A DNA stretch of 64,000 nucleotides from Fidelibacterota bacterium (GTDB lineage Bacteria; Fidelibacterota; Fidelibacteria; Fidelibacterales; DSDE01). A model generated the notes under the pieces. The model saw nothing but the letters and a program-made list of their open reading frames with translations, was not told the DNA's origin and searched no databases. The stretch lies in the NCBI GenBank assembly GCA_046735395.1, contig JBJKQR010000062.1, positions 4,800 through 68,799 on the forward strand. The letters run 5' to 3'. Below are positions 28,369 through 37,957 of the stretch, piece after piece (positions within the stretch are counted from its first letter, which is position 1; the number at the start of each line of letters is the position of its first letter). Made by a program: the position numbers and the translations under genes.

Positions 28369-28638
28369 ATGACTCTGAGAGATCTGAATGAAGGGGATTC
28401 GGCAATTATCGTTGATCTCAGCGGCAACAATGATTTTGTTAACCGGCTTTCAGAAATGGGGTTTACCAGCGGAACCCCTGTTTTCATAGAAAAATTTGCT
28501 CCGTTGCGTGACCCCATGGAAATCGTAATCCGGGGTTATCACCTCACCCTGCGACGTCAGGATGCGGAGGCTGTGACCGTTATTCCTGTTCAAGACAGAG
28601 GGCGGGGACGACGGCGACGGAAACGGCATCATGTCTGA
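28369..28638 (+). CDS. feoA: Ferrous iron transport protein A (FeoA) with an Arg-rich C-terminal tail
   Basis: 89 aa. SH3-like FeoA pattern LRDLNEGDSAIIVDLSGNNDFVNRLSEMGFTSGTPVFIEK...IRGYHLTLRRQDA. It overlaps feoB by 8 nt. The tail is QDRGRGRRRRKRHHV. Confidence 0.85.
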   Translation: MTLRDLNEGDSAIIVDLSGNNDFVNRLSEMGFTSGTPVFIEKFAPLRDPMEIVIRGYHLTLRRQDAEAVTVIPVQDRGRGRRRRKRHHV

Positions 28639-30778
28639 TACGCCGTCTCTGCTGAAATGCGCCCTGGCCGGCAATCCCAACAGCGGTAAAAGTTCGGTAT
28701 TCAACGCTCTCACGGGCGCCCGGCAAAAGATCGGGAACTGGCCCGGCGTAACAGTGGAAAAAAAGGAAAGCATCATTCCGACACGCAGGGGACAGATCCA
28801 TCTCACGGATCTGCCCGGCATCTATTCACTGACGCCCCGCAGCATTGAGGAAAACATCGCCTTTCGTCATATTCTCGAGGATAAACCGGATCTTATCATT
28901 AATGTGGTGGATGCAAAGAATCTGGACAGGAATCTCTATCTGACTGCACAGCTTCTGGAAACCGGCATACCCTTACTTCTGATACTGAATATGATAGACC
29001 GGGCTGAAGCAGCCGAAGTCAACATCGACATTCCCGCACTCAGCCTCCTTCTGGGCGTTCCTGTGATCGCCAGCAGCGCCAGGTCCGGCCGTGGCATTTC
29101 CGATATTGAATTCTGGCTGACCGAGGCGATATCTTCACCAGCCATGCTTTCACGACGACAGATTGACATCCCTTACAGCCGTGATATAGAGGCCGCGCTG
29201 ACAAGCCTCACGGCACTCATATCGGATGGAGAGTTCCCCCTGACACAACGCTGGACCGCCATACAGCTTCTGGAGGACAACGACACGGCCCGCAAATATC
29301 TTCCCGCCGACAGCCCTTTGCTCGATGCAGCCTCCGGACAGAGAAAACACCTTATGGCGCATCAGCAACAGGAACCGGGCCGTCAATTTACAGCCGGCCG
29401 CTATGCCTTCATCGCCGGACTTATCACCGAGACAGTCCGTCAGAAAAACACCCAAAACCTGAGCAGCAGCCAGAAACTTGATCGAATTCTTACACATAAA
29501 TATCTGGGCATCCCCATCTTTCTGCTGTTACTCTGGCTGACATTCAAGCTCACTTTTGAGGGCGGCCAGTGGCCGATGCAGCTAATAGACATGGGCTTTC
29601 ACAAGCTGTCAGGCCTGGCCTCAGCACTGCTTCCGGCCGGGACTTTCCGCGAATTGATCACCGATGGCCTTATCACCGGTATCGGCAGTATCGCCGTCTT
29701 TATCCCGAACATTTTTATCCTGTTCTTCCTTATTTCATTCATGGAAGATAGTGGCTACATGGCTCGCGGCGCATTCATCATGGACCGCGTCATGCACAGC
29801 ATCGGCCTCCATGGAAAAGCCTTCATCCCCATGATCATGGGCTTCGGCTGCAATGTCCCTGCAATTATCGGCACTCGGATTCTTGAGTCGGAACGGGATC
29901 GACGCCTCAGCATTCTCATCAATCCGCTGATTTCCTGTTCGGCCCGACTCCCGGTATATATCCTGCTGACCGGAGCCTTTTTTCCCCGACACGGTGCAGC
30001 CGTCATCCTTTCAATCTATGTAATCAGTATTTCCCTGGCCGTTCTCATCGGACGCCTGTTCAGCCGAACCCTTTTCAAAGGCGATTCGCTCCCCTTTGTC
30101 ATGGAACTTCCGCCCTATCTACCTCCGTCCCCTTCCCTGCTTCTCCGCCACACCTGGGAGCGTGTCTCTCTCTTTATCCGGAAGATGGGCACGGTCATCC
30201 TGGCGGGATCCGTTATTATCTGGGCCCTGTCCGCGTTTCCCCGCCATGTCCCGGCACAGCAGGAACTGGATGCACACCTTCAGACGCTGAAGCAGTCAGG
30301 CGCGAAAAATATTTCAGATACGGCCGACAGCCCAAATGCTGCCGAACTTGAAAAAGAATACCGTCCGCAGATCGTCGAACAACGTTTTCTCGGCAGAATC
30401 GGAAAAAGTCTTGAACCGGTCATGGCCCCCATCAGTCTGGACTGGCGAGAATCTGTATCGCTCCTGGTCGGCTTCGTAGCCAAAGAATTTGTGGTTTCAA
30501 CCTTTGCCATTCTCTATGGTCATGAAGACGACGGCAAGGGGCAGAATACGGGGCTGGTCAGCCGGCTTCAGCAGGGTGCGCTCACACCGCTGAGAGCCTT
30601 TGTGTTCATGATATTTACTCTGATCTACACGCCCTGCCTTGCCACGGTCGCTGCCATCCGCCAGGAAACCGGAAGCTGGAAATGGGCGGGGTTTTCCATT
30701 GCCTACAGCCTGATTCTTGCCTGGCTGCTATCTTTTGTCATTTACCAGACCGGCCTGTTTTTCATAGGGAGGATATGA
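28631..30778 (+). CDS. feoB: Ferrous iron transporter FeoB
   Basis: 715 aa. G-domain motifs G1 GNPNSGKSS, G3 DLPG, G4 NMID. These are followed by a polytopic membrane domain with gate motifs. Confidence 0.95.
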   Translation: MSDTPSLLKCALAGNPNSGKSSVFNALTGARQKIGNWPGVTVEKKESIIPTRRGQIHLTDLPGIYSLTPRSIEENIAFRHILEDKPDLIINVVDAKNLDRNLYLTAQLLETGIPLLLILNMIDRAEAAEVNIDIPALSLLLGVPVIASSARSGRGISDIEFWLTEAISSPAMLSRRQIDIPYSRDIEAALTSLTALISDGEFPLTQRWTAIQLLEDNDTARKYLPADSPLLDAASGQRKHLMAHQQQEPGRQFTAGRYAFIAGLITETVRQKNTQNLSSSQKLDRILTHKYLGIPIFLLLLWLTFKLTFEGGQWPMQLIDMGFHKLSGLASALLPAGTFRELITDGLITGIGSIAVFIPNIFILFFLISFMEDSGYMARGAFIMDRVMHSIGLHGKAFIPMIMGFGCNVPAIIGTRILESERDRRLSILINPLISCSARLPVYILLTGAFFPRHGAAVILSIYVISISLAVLIGRLFSRTLFKGDSLPFVMELPPYLPPSPSLLLRHTWERVSLFIRKMGTVILAGSVIIWALSAFPRHVPAQQELDAHLQTLKQSGAKNISDTADSPNAAELEKEYRPQIVEQRFLGRIGKSLEPVMAPISLDWRESVSLLVGFVAKEFVVSTFAILYGHEDDGKGQNTGLVSRLQQGALTPLRAFVFMIFTLIYTPCLATVAAIRQETGSWKWAGFSIAYSLILAWLLSFVIYQTGLFFIGRI

Positions 30779-30781
30779 TTC

Positions 30782-30985
30782 ATGTTTGATTTCATCGCAA
30801 CGGGGATCGTTCTGATCACAGCCCTGCTCTATATGAAACGCTTTCTGAAGCGCGAACTATCCGCCGGAGCAGGTTGCCATGACTGCCCCCTTTCCACCGG
30901 CTGCAACAGATCCGGCCCGGCATGCAGCCCGCCAGCTCAACACCTTTGTACAACAGGGCCCGATACGGACCCCAAAATAAAATAA
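30782..30985 (+). CDS. FeoB-associated Cys-rich small membrane protein
   Basis: 67 aa. One N-terminal TM helix (FIATGIVLITALLYM), a basic stretch, then the Cys cluster GCHDCPLSTGC...C. It starts 4 nt after feoB. Confidence 0.6.
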   Translation: MFDFIATGIVLITALLYMKRFLKRELSAGAGCHDCPLSTGCNRSGPACSPPAQHLCTTGPDTDPKIK

Positions 30986-31007
30986 TTTGATAATTCAAAA
31001 ATAATTT

Positions 31008-31424
31008 ATGTATATTTGCTTCATGAGACTGAGAACTCTTTTTTTTATGCTTGCTCTTTTTTTCGCATTCGCTAATGCCGAGAACGCGGTTAATCAGTTC
31101 CATGCCTACAAACAGAGCGGAAAGATCGTCCTGGAATGGAATTCCGGAGACGAACAGCCAATAAGCTATTTCATTGTTCAGCGGAGTATGGACAATGGCC
31201 AGTCCTGGTTTGATCTGAGCCGCATCTCTCCGTATGGAAATGGGTCCGCATATCTTTATATTGACGACAGGGTATTCGGGGGAAAAGGTGATCTCGTCTA
31301 CTATTATCGCCTGAAAATATTTTACAGGGACGGCAGTGTTCAGTTCACGGCTCCTGTCAATGTCACGCTGGATGTTTCTTCGGTCCAGATGACCTGGGGC
31401 AGCATCAAGGCCATGTTCAGATAA
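31008..31424 (+). CDS. Small secreted protein with a single FN3-like beta-sandwich. The likely true start is the ATG at 31023.
   Basis: Signal peptide MRLRTLFFMLALFFAFANA. FN3-like segment KIVLEWNSGDEQPISYFIVQRSMDNGQSW...YYYRLKIFYRDGS. It ends ...MTWGSIKAMFR and is followed by a terminator. Confidence 0.55.
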   Translation: MYICFMRLRTLFFMLALFFAFANAENAVNQFHAYKQSGKIVLEWNSGDEQPISYFIVQRSMDNGQSWFDLSRISPYGNGSAYLYIDDRVFGGKGDLVYYYRLKIFYRDGSVQFTAPVNVTLDVSSVQMTWGSIKAMFR

Positions 31425-31453
31425 TTTTCCAATTTCAGATAATTGAAAAAGAG

Positions 31454-31476
31454 CCGGATATTGATCCGGTTTTTTT
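31454..31476 (+). terminator. Rho-independent terminator
   Basis: CCGGAT-ATTG-ATCCGG followed by TTTTTTT. It lies 30 nt after the stop at 31424. Confidence 0.6.
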
Positions 31477-31652
31477 GTATCCCCATTGTTTTCCGAACAG
31501 AAAAGCTGCTGAAAAACCGGGATTTGCGGCAAGTTTGGGAAATTTTTCCGCCAATCTGTCACATTGTGGCAAGATTTCCGGATCTATCTGTAATTTTTTA
31601 ATGCACTGCTCAAGGATAAAAGCTAAATTCCGGCAACAAATAACACGGGGAT

Positions 31653-32276
31653 ATGAAGAAAAATATCGCTGTCTTTGCGTCAGGTACAGGATCGAATTTC
31701 ACGTATATACACGATTCTCTGAAGAGTAACGAATCGGCGGGGCGTATTGCCCTCTGTGTTTCCAATGTGGATCAGGCCGCAGTTCTCACCCGCGCAGCAG
31801 ATTACGGCATTCCCGTGAGAGTATTTCACCGAAATCAGTTCGCAACGTATGCTGAGTACGCCCGGGACATTCTGCAGACGCTGCAGGAGCATGCAATCGA
31901 CATTATCGTTCTGGCCGGATATCTGGTAAAAGTTCCGTCACTGGTAACGGATCAATATGCGGGCCGGGTCATCAATATTCACCCGGCATTGCTCCCGTCC
32001 TTCGGAGGCAAGGGCTTTTTCGGCCGGCATGTGCATGAAGCGGTCATTAATGCGGGAGTCCGGGTCAGCGGCATTACCATTCATTTTGCAGACGGGGATT
32101 ACGATCGGGGAGGCATTATTCTCCAGAAGGCTCTCGCCGTTCATCCCGATGACAGCGCCGAATCACTGGCTGCACGGGTACTGAAATTGGAACATCTCTG
32201 GTATCCGCGGATTGTCAGGGATTTGTGTGAAGGAAAAATTCAACGACGAAACGGGAAAATTATAATCAATGAGTGA
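31653..32276 (+). CDS. purN: Phosphoribosylglycinamide formyltransferase
   Basis: 207 aa. IAVFASGTGSNF, INIHPALLPSFGG, and the conserved Asp region GITIHFADGDYDRGGII. Confidence 0.9.
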   Translation: MKKNIAVFASGTGSNFTYIHDSLKSNESAGRIALCVSNVDQAAVLTRAADYGIPVRVFHRNQFATYAEYARDILQTLQEHAIDIIVLAGYLVKVPSLVTDQYAGRVINIHPALLPSFGGKGFFGRHVHEAVINAGVRVSGITIHFADGDYDRGGIILQKALAVHPDDSAESLAARVLKLEHLWYPRIVRDLCEGKIQRRNGKIIINE

Positions 32277-33810
32277 ACGAGTTCTTTTTTCGGTTACCGA
32301 CAAAAGCGGAGTGGTGGAATTTGCACAGGGCTTGCATAAACGGGGCCTGGAAATTGTAGCCAGCGGCGGAACGGCCGCCGCAATCAGCGCTGCCGGCATT
32401 CCTGTAATCTCCGTTGAGGCCATCACCTCCTACCCGTCCATTCTGGACGGAAGAGTGAAGACCCTTCATCCGCTCATCTTCGGCGGCATCCTGGGCGATA
32501 TACATAATGACAAACATCTGACAGAGATGAAGCACTACGATATCCGGCCCTTTGCGCTGGTCGTCTGCAATTTCTATGACTTTTCCTCAGCGCTGCGGAG
32601 CGGAGACGGCAAACCGGAGACCATGATTGAGAAAATCGACGTGGGAGGACCGAGTATGTTGCGTGCCGCGGCAAAAAATCATGCCGCCTGCATTCCGGTT
32701 TTTTCATCCGGCCAATATGATGATCTCCTGTCACAGATAGACAGGTTCGGATCCCTGTCCGCAATCCCCGATGATCTGCGGCTTCGCTACAGCGCTCTCG
32801 CCTTCCGTTACTCTGCAGACTACGAAGCAGCTATCAGCGAATTCTTTGAGACCTTCCTTACACCGGAGGACGGACTTCCCGACCGTCTGAATCTTCGGCT
32901 GGTCAAAGCCACCGATATGCGCTACGGAGAGAATCCCTTTCAAAAAGCCGCCCTCTACCGCAGAGGCGGGGAAACGACCTGGGAGCAGCTGCACGGCAAG
33001 GAACTCAGCTACAATAATTATGCGGATATACAGAGCGCCCGGGAAATCGTATTAACTTACGATGAACCGGCCGTATCCATTATCAAGCACAGCAATCCCT
33101 GCGGCTTCGGCCTCGCGGACTCGGCAGACAATGCCTATCTGAAGGCCGTCACCACGGATCCGGTTTCCTATTACGGCGGAATCGTGGGATTCAACCGGGA
33201 AGTGGACGATCGCTGCGCAGGCGAACTGGCCAAAAGTTTTCTGGAATGCATCATCGCTCCGTCCTACAGTGCGGGCGCATTGGAAATTCTTCAGAAAAAG
33301 AAGAATCTTCGCCTCCTTCGCTATGCGGACTCGGAAATCCGGCCCGGACTGGAGTACAAGGCGCTGGATGTAGGTATTCTCGTTCAGGAACGGGATACGG
33401 GCATGGGCAGCGAATCCGGCTTGGAATGTGTCACAGCCATCCGGCCTGATGAGTCGGACCTCCCGGCGCTGCGCATCGGCTGGGATCTGGTTCGGCATGT
33501 CAAGTCCAACGCCATAGTCTTTGCCTCGGCAGACCGCTTACTTGGCGTGGGAGCCGGACAGATGTCCAGAGTTGATTCCGTCAAGATTGCCATCCGGAAA
33601 AGCAAGGAAGCCGGCCTGGACCTGAAAGGCAGCATCCTCGCCTCCGATGCATTCTTTCCCTTCCCCGATGTCGTGGATCTCATCCGGGAACTGGGTGTCC
33701 GCGGCATCATTCAACCGGGAGGAAGCATCCGGGATCAGGAAGTCATCGACGCCTGCAACGAACACAAACTTTTTATGTTATTCACCCATCACAGACATTT
33801 CAGACATTAA
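32269..33810 (+). CDS. purH: Bifunctional AICAR transformylase / IMP cyclohydrolase
   Basis: 513 aa. MGS-like N-terminus (LFSVTDKSGVVEFAQGL, ASGGTA, GRVKTLHP) and AICARFT domain (IIKHSNPCG, GAGQMSRVDS, QPGGSIRD). Confidence 0.95.
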   Translation: MSERVLFSVTDKSGVVEFAQGLHKRGLEIVASGGTAAAISAAGIPVISVEAITSYPSILDGRVKTLHPLIFGGILGDIHNDKHLTEMKHYDIRPFALVVCNFYDFSSALRSGDGKPETMIEKIDVGGPSMLRAAAKNHAACIPVFSSGQYDDLLSQIDRFGSLSAIPDDLRLRYSALAFRYSADYEAAISEFFETFLTPEDGLPDRLNLRLVKATDMRYGENPFQKAALYRRGGETTWEQLHGKELSYNNYADIQSAREIVLTYDEPAVSIIKHSNPCGFGLADSADNAYLKAVTTDPVSYYGGIVGFNREVDDRCAGELAKSFLECIIAPSYSAGALEILQKKKNLRLLRYADSEIRPGLEYKALDVGILVQERDTGMGSESGLECVTAIRPDESDLPALRIGWDLVRHVKSNAIVFASADRLLGVGAGQMSRVDSVKIAIRKSKEAGLDLKGSILASDAFFPFPDVVDLIRELGVRGIIQPGGSIRDQEVIDACNEHKLFMLFTHHRHFRH

Positions 33811-33822
33811 AGGAATAAAATT

Positions 33823-34836
33823 ATGAAGTTACCATTTTTCAACAGACTTTCCGGTGATATCGCCATCGATCTTGGCACGGCTAATACTCTCATTTATCTG
33901 AAGGGACGGGGCATTGTCATCAATGAACCCAGTATCGTCGCCTACTCGTCCAGCCTGAGAAAAGTGATTGCCGTGGGCCGGGAAGCCAAGGAAATGCTTG
34001 GTAAGACCCATCCGGATATTTCCATTATCAGACCGCTGAAAGATGGCGTCATTGCAAACTTTGAAATGACGGACGGCATGATTCAGGGTTTTATAAAAAA
34101 AATCAATATCAGCAGATTTGCCCGGCCGCGCATGGCTGTCTGTGTCCCCTCCGGTATTACGGAAGTGGAAAAGAGAGCCGTCAAGGACAGCGCTGAAAGG
34201 GCGAATGCCAGAGAGGTTCATCTCATTGAGGAACCGGTTGCAGCGGCGATTGGTATTGATATCGATATTTCCAAACCGATCGGCAGCATGATTGTGGATA
34301 TCGGCGGCGGAACGACCGAAATTGCTGTCATCGCCTTGAACGGTGTGGTGACCAAGGAGTCCATCCGGGTGGCCGGTGATAAAATGGATGATGCCATTAT
34401 TCAGTATTTCCGGCGTGAGCATAACCTCCTGATCGGCGAGAGAACAGCGGAAACCATTAAAATGACGGTCGGATCGGCCTTCCCGGGCAATGATCAGATC
34501 ATTCAGGTCAAGGGACGCAACCTGGTTGCCGGTATTCCCCGCACCATCGAAATCAATTCCTCCGAAATCCGCGAATGCCTCCGGGAAACGGTGGACATCA
34601 TTGTGGACGGCATTAAACGGACTCTGGAAAGCACACCGCCCGAACTGTCCTCCGATATTCTGGACCGGGGTATCATTCTCACCGGTGGCGGCGGGATGCT
34701 GAGAGGACTGGACCAGCGAATCATCGCCGAAACCGAACTGCCTGTCAATGTAGCTGAAGAACCTCTGCTGTCCGTTATCCGCGGGACCGGCAAGGCGCTT
34801 GACAATCTGGAAAAATATGCGGACGTGCTGACGTGA
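33823..34836 (+). CDS. mreB: Rod shape-determining actin homolog MreB
   Basis: 337 aa. IAIDLGTANTLIY, EPVAAAIG, DIGGGTTEIAV, ILTGGGGMLRGLD. Confidence 0.95.
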   Translation: MKLPFFNRLSGDIAIDLGTANTLIYLKGRGIVINEPSIVAYSSSLRKVIAVGREAKEMLGKTHPDISIIRPLKDGVIANFEMTDGMIQGFIKKINISRFARPRMAVCVPSGITEVEKRAVKDSAERANAREVHLIEEPVAAAIGIDIDISKPIGSMIVDIGGGTTEIAVIALNGVVTKESIRVAGDKMDDAIIQYFRREHNLLIGERTAETIKMTVGSAFPGNDQIIQVKGRNLVAGIPRTIEINSSEIRECLRETVDIIVDGIKRTLESTPPELSSDILDRGIILTGGGGMLRGLDQRIIAETELPVNVAEEPLLSVIRGTGKALDNLEKYADVLT

Positions 34837-34837
34837 A

Positions 34838-35656
34838 ATGATTAAGCGATTTTATGATTTCCTAATTCAGAAGAGTGTTCAGGTATCTGCCTTTCTTCTG
34901 ATTATCCTGTCGCTTTTTATATTCATACAGAATGATCACCCGAGCATCCGGCGTATGCAGGGCGGCTTGGCCAATCTGTTGATTCCTGTGAAGGAACCGG
35001 CCATCTGGTTTGATCGGCAGATCAAGGCCCATGATGAAAATATCGTACTCACCCGCCGTATCATCACACTGAGTTCGGAAGCCAGCCGCTTCAGCATTCT
35101 GGCAGATGAAAACAAGCGTCTGCGCCGGCTTCTTGATTTCAGGAACAGTGTGAATATGGATATGATCCCCGCTCTCATCATCTCATCCGGGTCGCAGGGA
35201 AATCTGAGCGGCCTTCTGCTCAACCGCGGCCTGGCCGATTCCATCCATGTGAATGATGCCATTCTCAATATGGACGGAATTGTGGGAAAGATCTATTTCG
35301 TCGGCCAGAATTCCAGCCTTGGCCAGATTCTGGCTGAGCCGAATTCCCGAATCTCCGTCAGCATCCGGCCGTCAAATGCCAAGGGCATTCTCCAGTGGTA
35401 CGGCGGCAATCGCTTCGTCGTCAAGGATATCCCCAACACCATGCAGATCAACAAGGACAATCTTGTCGTCTCCTCCGGCTATTCCGATATCTATCCGCCG
35501 GATCTCCCGGTGGGTATCGTGGAGAATTCAGTTCCTGCTGCCGACGGTTTCACCATTACGGTGTACGGACGCCTGCTCGTGGATTTCAACCGTCTGGAGG
35601 AAGTCATGATTCTCAGAAAGAATCCCAACAGGCCGGAATTTATCTCTCAGCCCTGA
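34838..35656 (+). CDS. mreC: Rod shape-determining protein MreC
   Basis: 272 aa. N-terminal TM helix, coiled-coil (ENKRLRRLLDF), beta domains (GIVGKIYFVGQNSS...). It lies between mreB and mreD. Confidence 0.85.
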   Translation: MIKRFYDFLIQKSVQVSAFLLIILSLFIFIQNDHPSIRRMQGGLANLLIPVKEPAIWFDRQIKAHDENIVLTRRIITLSSEASRFSILADENKRLRRLLDFRNSVNMDMIPALIISSGSQGNLSGLLLNRGLADSIHVNDAILNMDGIVGKIYFVGQNSSLGQILAEPNSRISVSIRPSNAKGILQWYGGNRFVVKDIPNTMQINKDNLVVSSGYSDIYPPDLPVGIVENSVPAADGFTITVYGRLLVDFNRLEEVMILRKNPNRPEFISQP

Positions 35657-35672
35657 AAGGAGCATCTTCCCG

Positions 35673-36149
35673 GTGCTAAAGTTTTTAAAATTTCTCGTTT
35701 TCACTGCCGTGATCTTTGTCTTCCAGTTCATGTTCAATACCATTCTGGATGTTCGCGGTATTTTTCCTGATCTCATCCTGATCTATATGGCCTATCTCGC
35801 GTTTCGGCTTCCGCCCCTCTGGCTGGTGTGGGCGGCCTTTCTGCTTGGCATCTCCCAGGATATTTTCTTCAATATCGGCCTCATCGGCCTCAATCCCCTC
35901 GTCAAGGTCATTACCGCTCTGGGGCTGATCAAGATCGTGGAGTACGAACGAAATTTCAATAATATTGTCAATATCCTCCTCATCGCCTTTCTCTTCCTTA
36001 TCGCCATCAATTTCTACGATTCTCTCTTTTTCTTCGGACTGCGCGACCGGGGATATTCACTGGTTCTGAAATACAGCCTGCCCAAAACACTCTATACCAT
36101 TTCGCTGCTCTTTCTTATTAACTTTTATTTTCCGGTCAGACGCAGCTGA
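35673..36149 (+). CDS. mreD: Rod shape-determining protein MreD (GTG start)
   Basis: 158 aa, polytopic and very hydrophobic. It occupies the canonical position between mreC and mrdA. Confidence 0.7.
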   Translation: MLKFLKFLVFTAVIFVFQFMFNTILDVRGIFPDLILIYMAYLAFRLPPLWLVWAAFLLGISQDIFFNIGLIGLNPLVKVITALGLIKIVEYERNFNNIVNILLIAFLFLIAINFYDSLFFFGLRDRGYSLVLKYSLPKTLYTISLLFLINFYFPVRRS

Positions 36150-36152
36150 ACC

Positions 36153-37925
36153 ATGGCCAGACATCCCAAAGATTACAGTAGCCTCCGATTTTATTTTTTC
36201 ATTTTAGTGGATTTTCTTCTTTTCGGAATTCTGATCAGCCGGGTCTATACCCTGCAGATCGAACGTTTTTCGGATCTCAGCACAGAAGCCGTCAATAATA
36301 TGTACCGTGAATATGATATTCAGGCTCCGCGGGGTATCATCTACGACCGCTACGAACATCCTGTCGTCTACAACACCATTAACTATGATCTCGCCGTATA
36401 TCCCCTCGATTTCACCCTGAATCCTGAAAACTGGAAACGGCTGGCCGATATTACAGGTATTGACGTCAAAACGCTGCAATACCGTGAAAAGAAGAATTAT
36501 CTCTCTCCTTATACTCCGGTCAAGATCTTATCCAGCATCGATTTTACACTCCTGAGCCGAATCCAGGAACACCTGACCGATATTCCCGGAATTCTTCTGG
36601 TATCGAAACCTGTCCGGAACGTGGCAGATGGAGCGACCGCGGCTCACCTGCTCGGATACACCAATGAAATAAACCAGTCCAGCATGGAAAAATTCGCCCG
36701 TTATGGATACAAGTCCGGAGACATCATCGGCATCAAGGGCATCGAGCGAAGTTATGAAAATATTCTGAAGGGCCGGAAAGGCGAACGTTTCATCCGCGTC
36801 AACGCCCTGGGGAAGGATTTCGGTGAAGACTTCAGCAAGACCATCGAACCGCTGCGCGGCAATGACCTTTACCTGACCATCGACTGGAAGCTGCAAACCT
36901 ATGTTGAATCCCTTTTCAGGGATATTTCAGGCTGCGCCATCACCCTGAATTACAAAACCGGAGAAATCCTGGCTTTTGTATCCAAACCGGATTACGATAC
37001 GGACATATTCAGCGGTGTTCTACGGGAAGAGGACTGGGAAAGTATTTCTACGGATACCTTAAAACCCTTATTCAATCGTCTGGTTCAGGCCCAGTATCCG
37101 CCGGGATCCGTATTTAAGATTATCAGCGCCATTGCCGGGCTTGAGGAAGGCCTGATCACACCCGATATGACCTTTCATTGCAGCGGCTACTATCGTCTGG
37201 GGCACCGCGCATTCAAATGCTGGAAAGGGGACGGCCACGGAGATGTGAATGTCGTCCAGGCCCTCGAAGGTTCCTGTAATATTTTCTTCTACAATCTGAT
37301 TCAGAAAATCGGCCTGGAAACCTGGCTCAAATATGCCGAGATGTTCGGGTTCGGCCAGCTCAGCGGCATTGATATTCCGGAAGAGAGTCCGGGCCTGCTT
37401 CCGGATCGGAATTACATGAATGCCCGCTACGGAAAATCGGGCTGGGGAACGGGTAATCTGTTGAACCTCAGTATCGGGCAGGGAGAAATACTGGTGACAC
37501 CTGTTCAGCTTGCCACCTATATTTCCGCCATTGCCGGAGCCGGTTCATATATTCGCCCGCATCTTGTCCAGGCCTACTGGGATCAGGAAAAAAGCAAACT
37601 GGTTCATCTCGATGTGGTGCAAAAGAATCTTCCCGACATCAGTGAATCAACCTGGGCCATCATCCACCAGGGAATGCACGATGTGGTACAGGGAAAAAAC
37701 GGTACGGCAAAGGCAGCCAATATTCCAGGCATGAATATTCATGGAAAAACGGGGACAGCACAGAATCCCCACGGAAAAAGCCATGCATGGTTCATCGGAT
37801 TTTCGAAGGCGCCGGCCTATCCGGTCGCCCAGGTGGTATTTGTCGAGTATGGCGGATCCGGCAGCGGTGCCGCGGCTCCCCTGGCCCGGGAAATATTTGA
37901 ATATTACCGAAAACAGCACGATTAA
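36153..37925 (+). CDS. mrdA: Penicillin-binding protein 2 (elongasome transpeptidase)
   Basis: 590 aa. N-terminal TM helix. Transpeptidase motifs SxxK (GSVFKI), SxN (GSCN) and KTG (HGKTGTAQ). Confidence 0.9.
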   Translation: MARHPKDYSSLRFYFFILVDFLLFGILISRVYTLQIERFSDLSTEAVNNMYREYDIQAPRGIIYDRYEHPVVYNTINYDLAVYPLDFTLNPENWKRLADITGIDVKTLQYREKKNYLSPYTPVKILSSIDFTLLSRIQEHLTDIPGILLVSKPVRNVADGATAAHLLGYTNEINQSSMEKFARYGYKSGDIIGIKGIERSYENILKGRKGERFIRVNALGKDFGEDFSKTIEPLRGNDLYLTIDWKLQTYVESLFRDISGCAITLNYKTGEILAFVSKPDYDTDIFSGVLREEDWESISTDTLKPLFNRLVQAQYPPGSVFKIISAIAGLEEGLITPDMTFHCSGYYRLGHRAFKCWKGDGHGDVNVVQALEGSCNIFFYNLIQKIGLETWLKYAEMFGFGQLSGIDIPEESPGLLPDRNYMNARYGKSGWGTGNLLNLSIGQGEILVTPVQLATYISAIAGAGSYIRPHLVQAYWDQEKSKLVHLDVVQKNLPDISESTWAIIHQGMHDVVQGKNGTAKAANIPGMNIHGKTGTAQNPHGKSHAWFIGFSKAPAYPVAQVVFVEYGGSGSGAAAPLAREIFEYYRKQHD

Positions 37926-37957
37926 GAAACCGTCCTTGTGCAGGGAAAGCGACCATC

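Noticed and set aside
31477-31652. A ZTP (pfl) riboswitch upstream of purN-purH.
   Set aside because: Only fragments resemble the consensus (AACCGGGA, TTCCGCCAATC). The conserved ACUGGCG and CCGCCUGGGC elements are not present.
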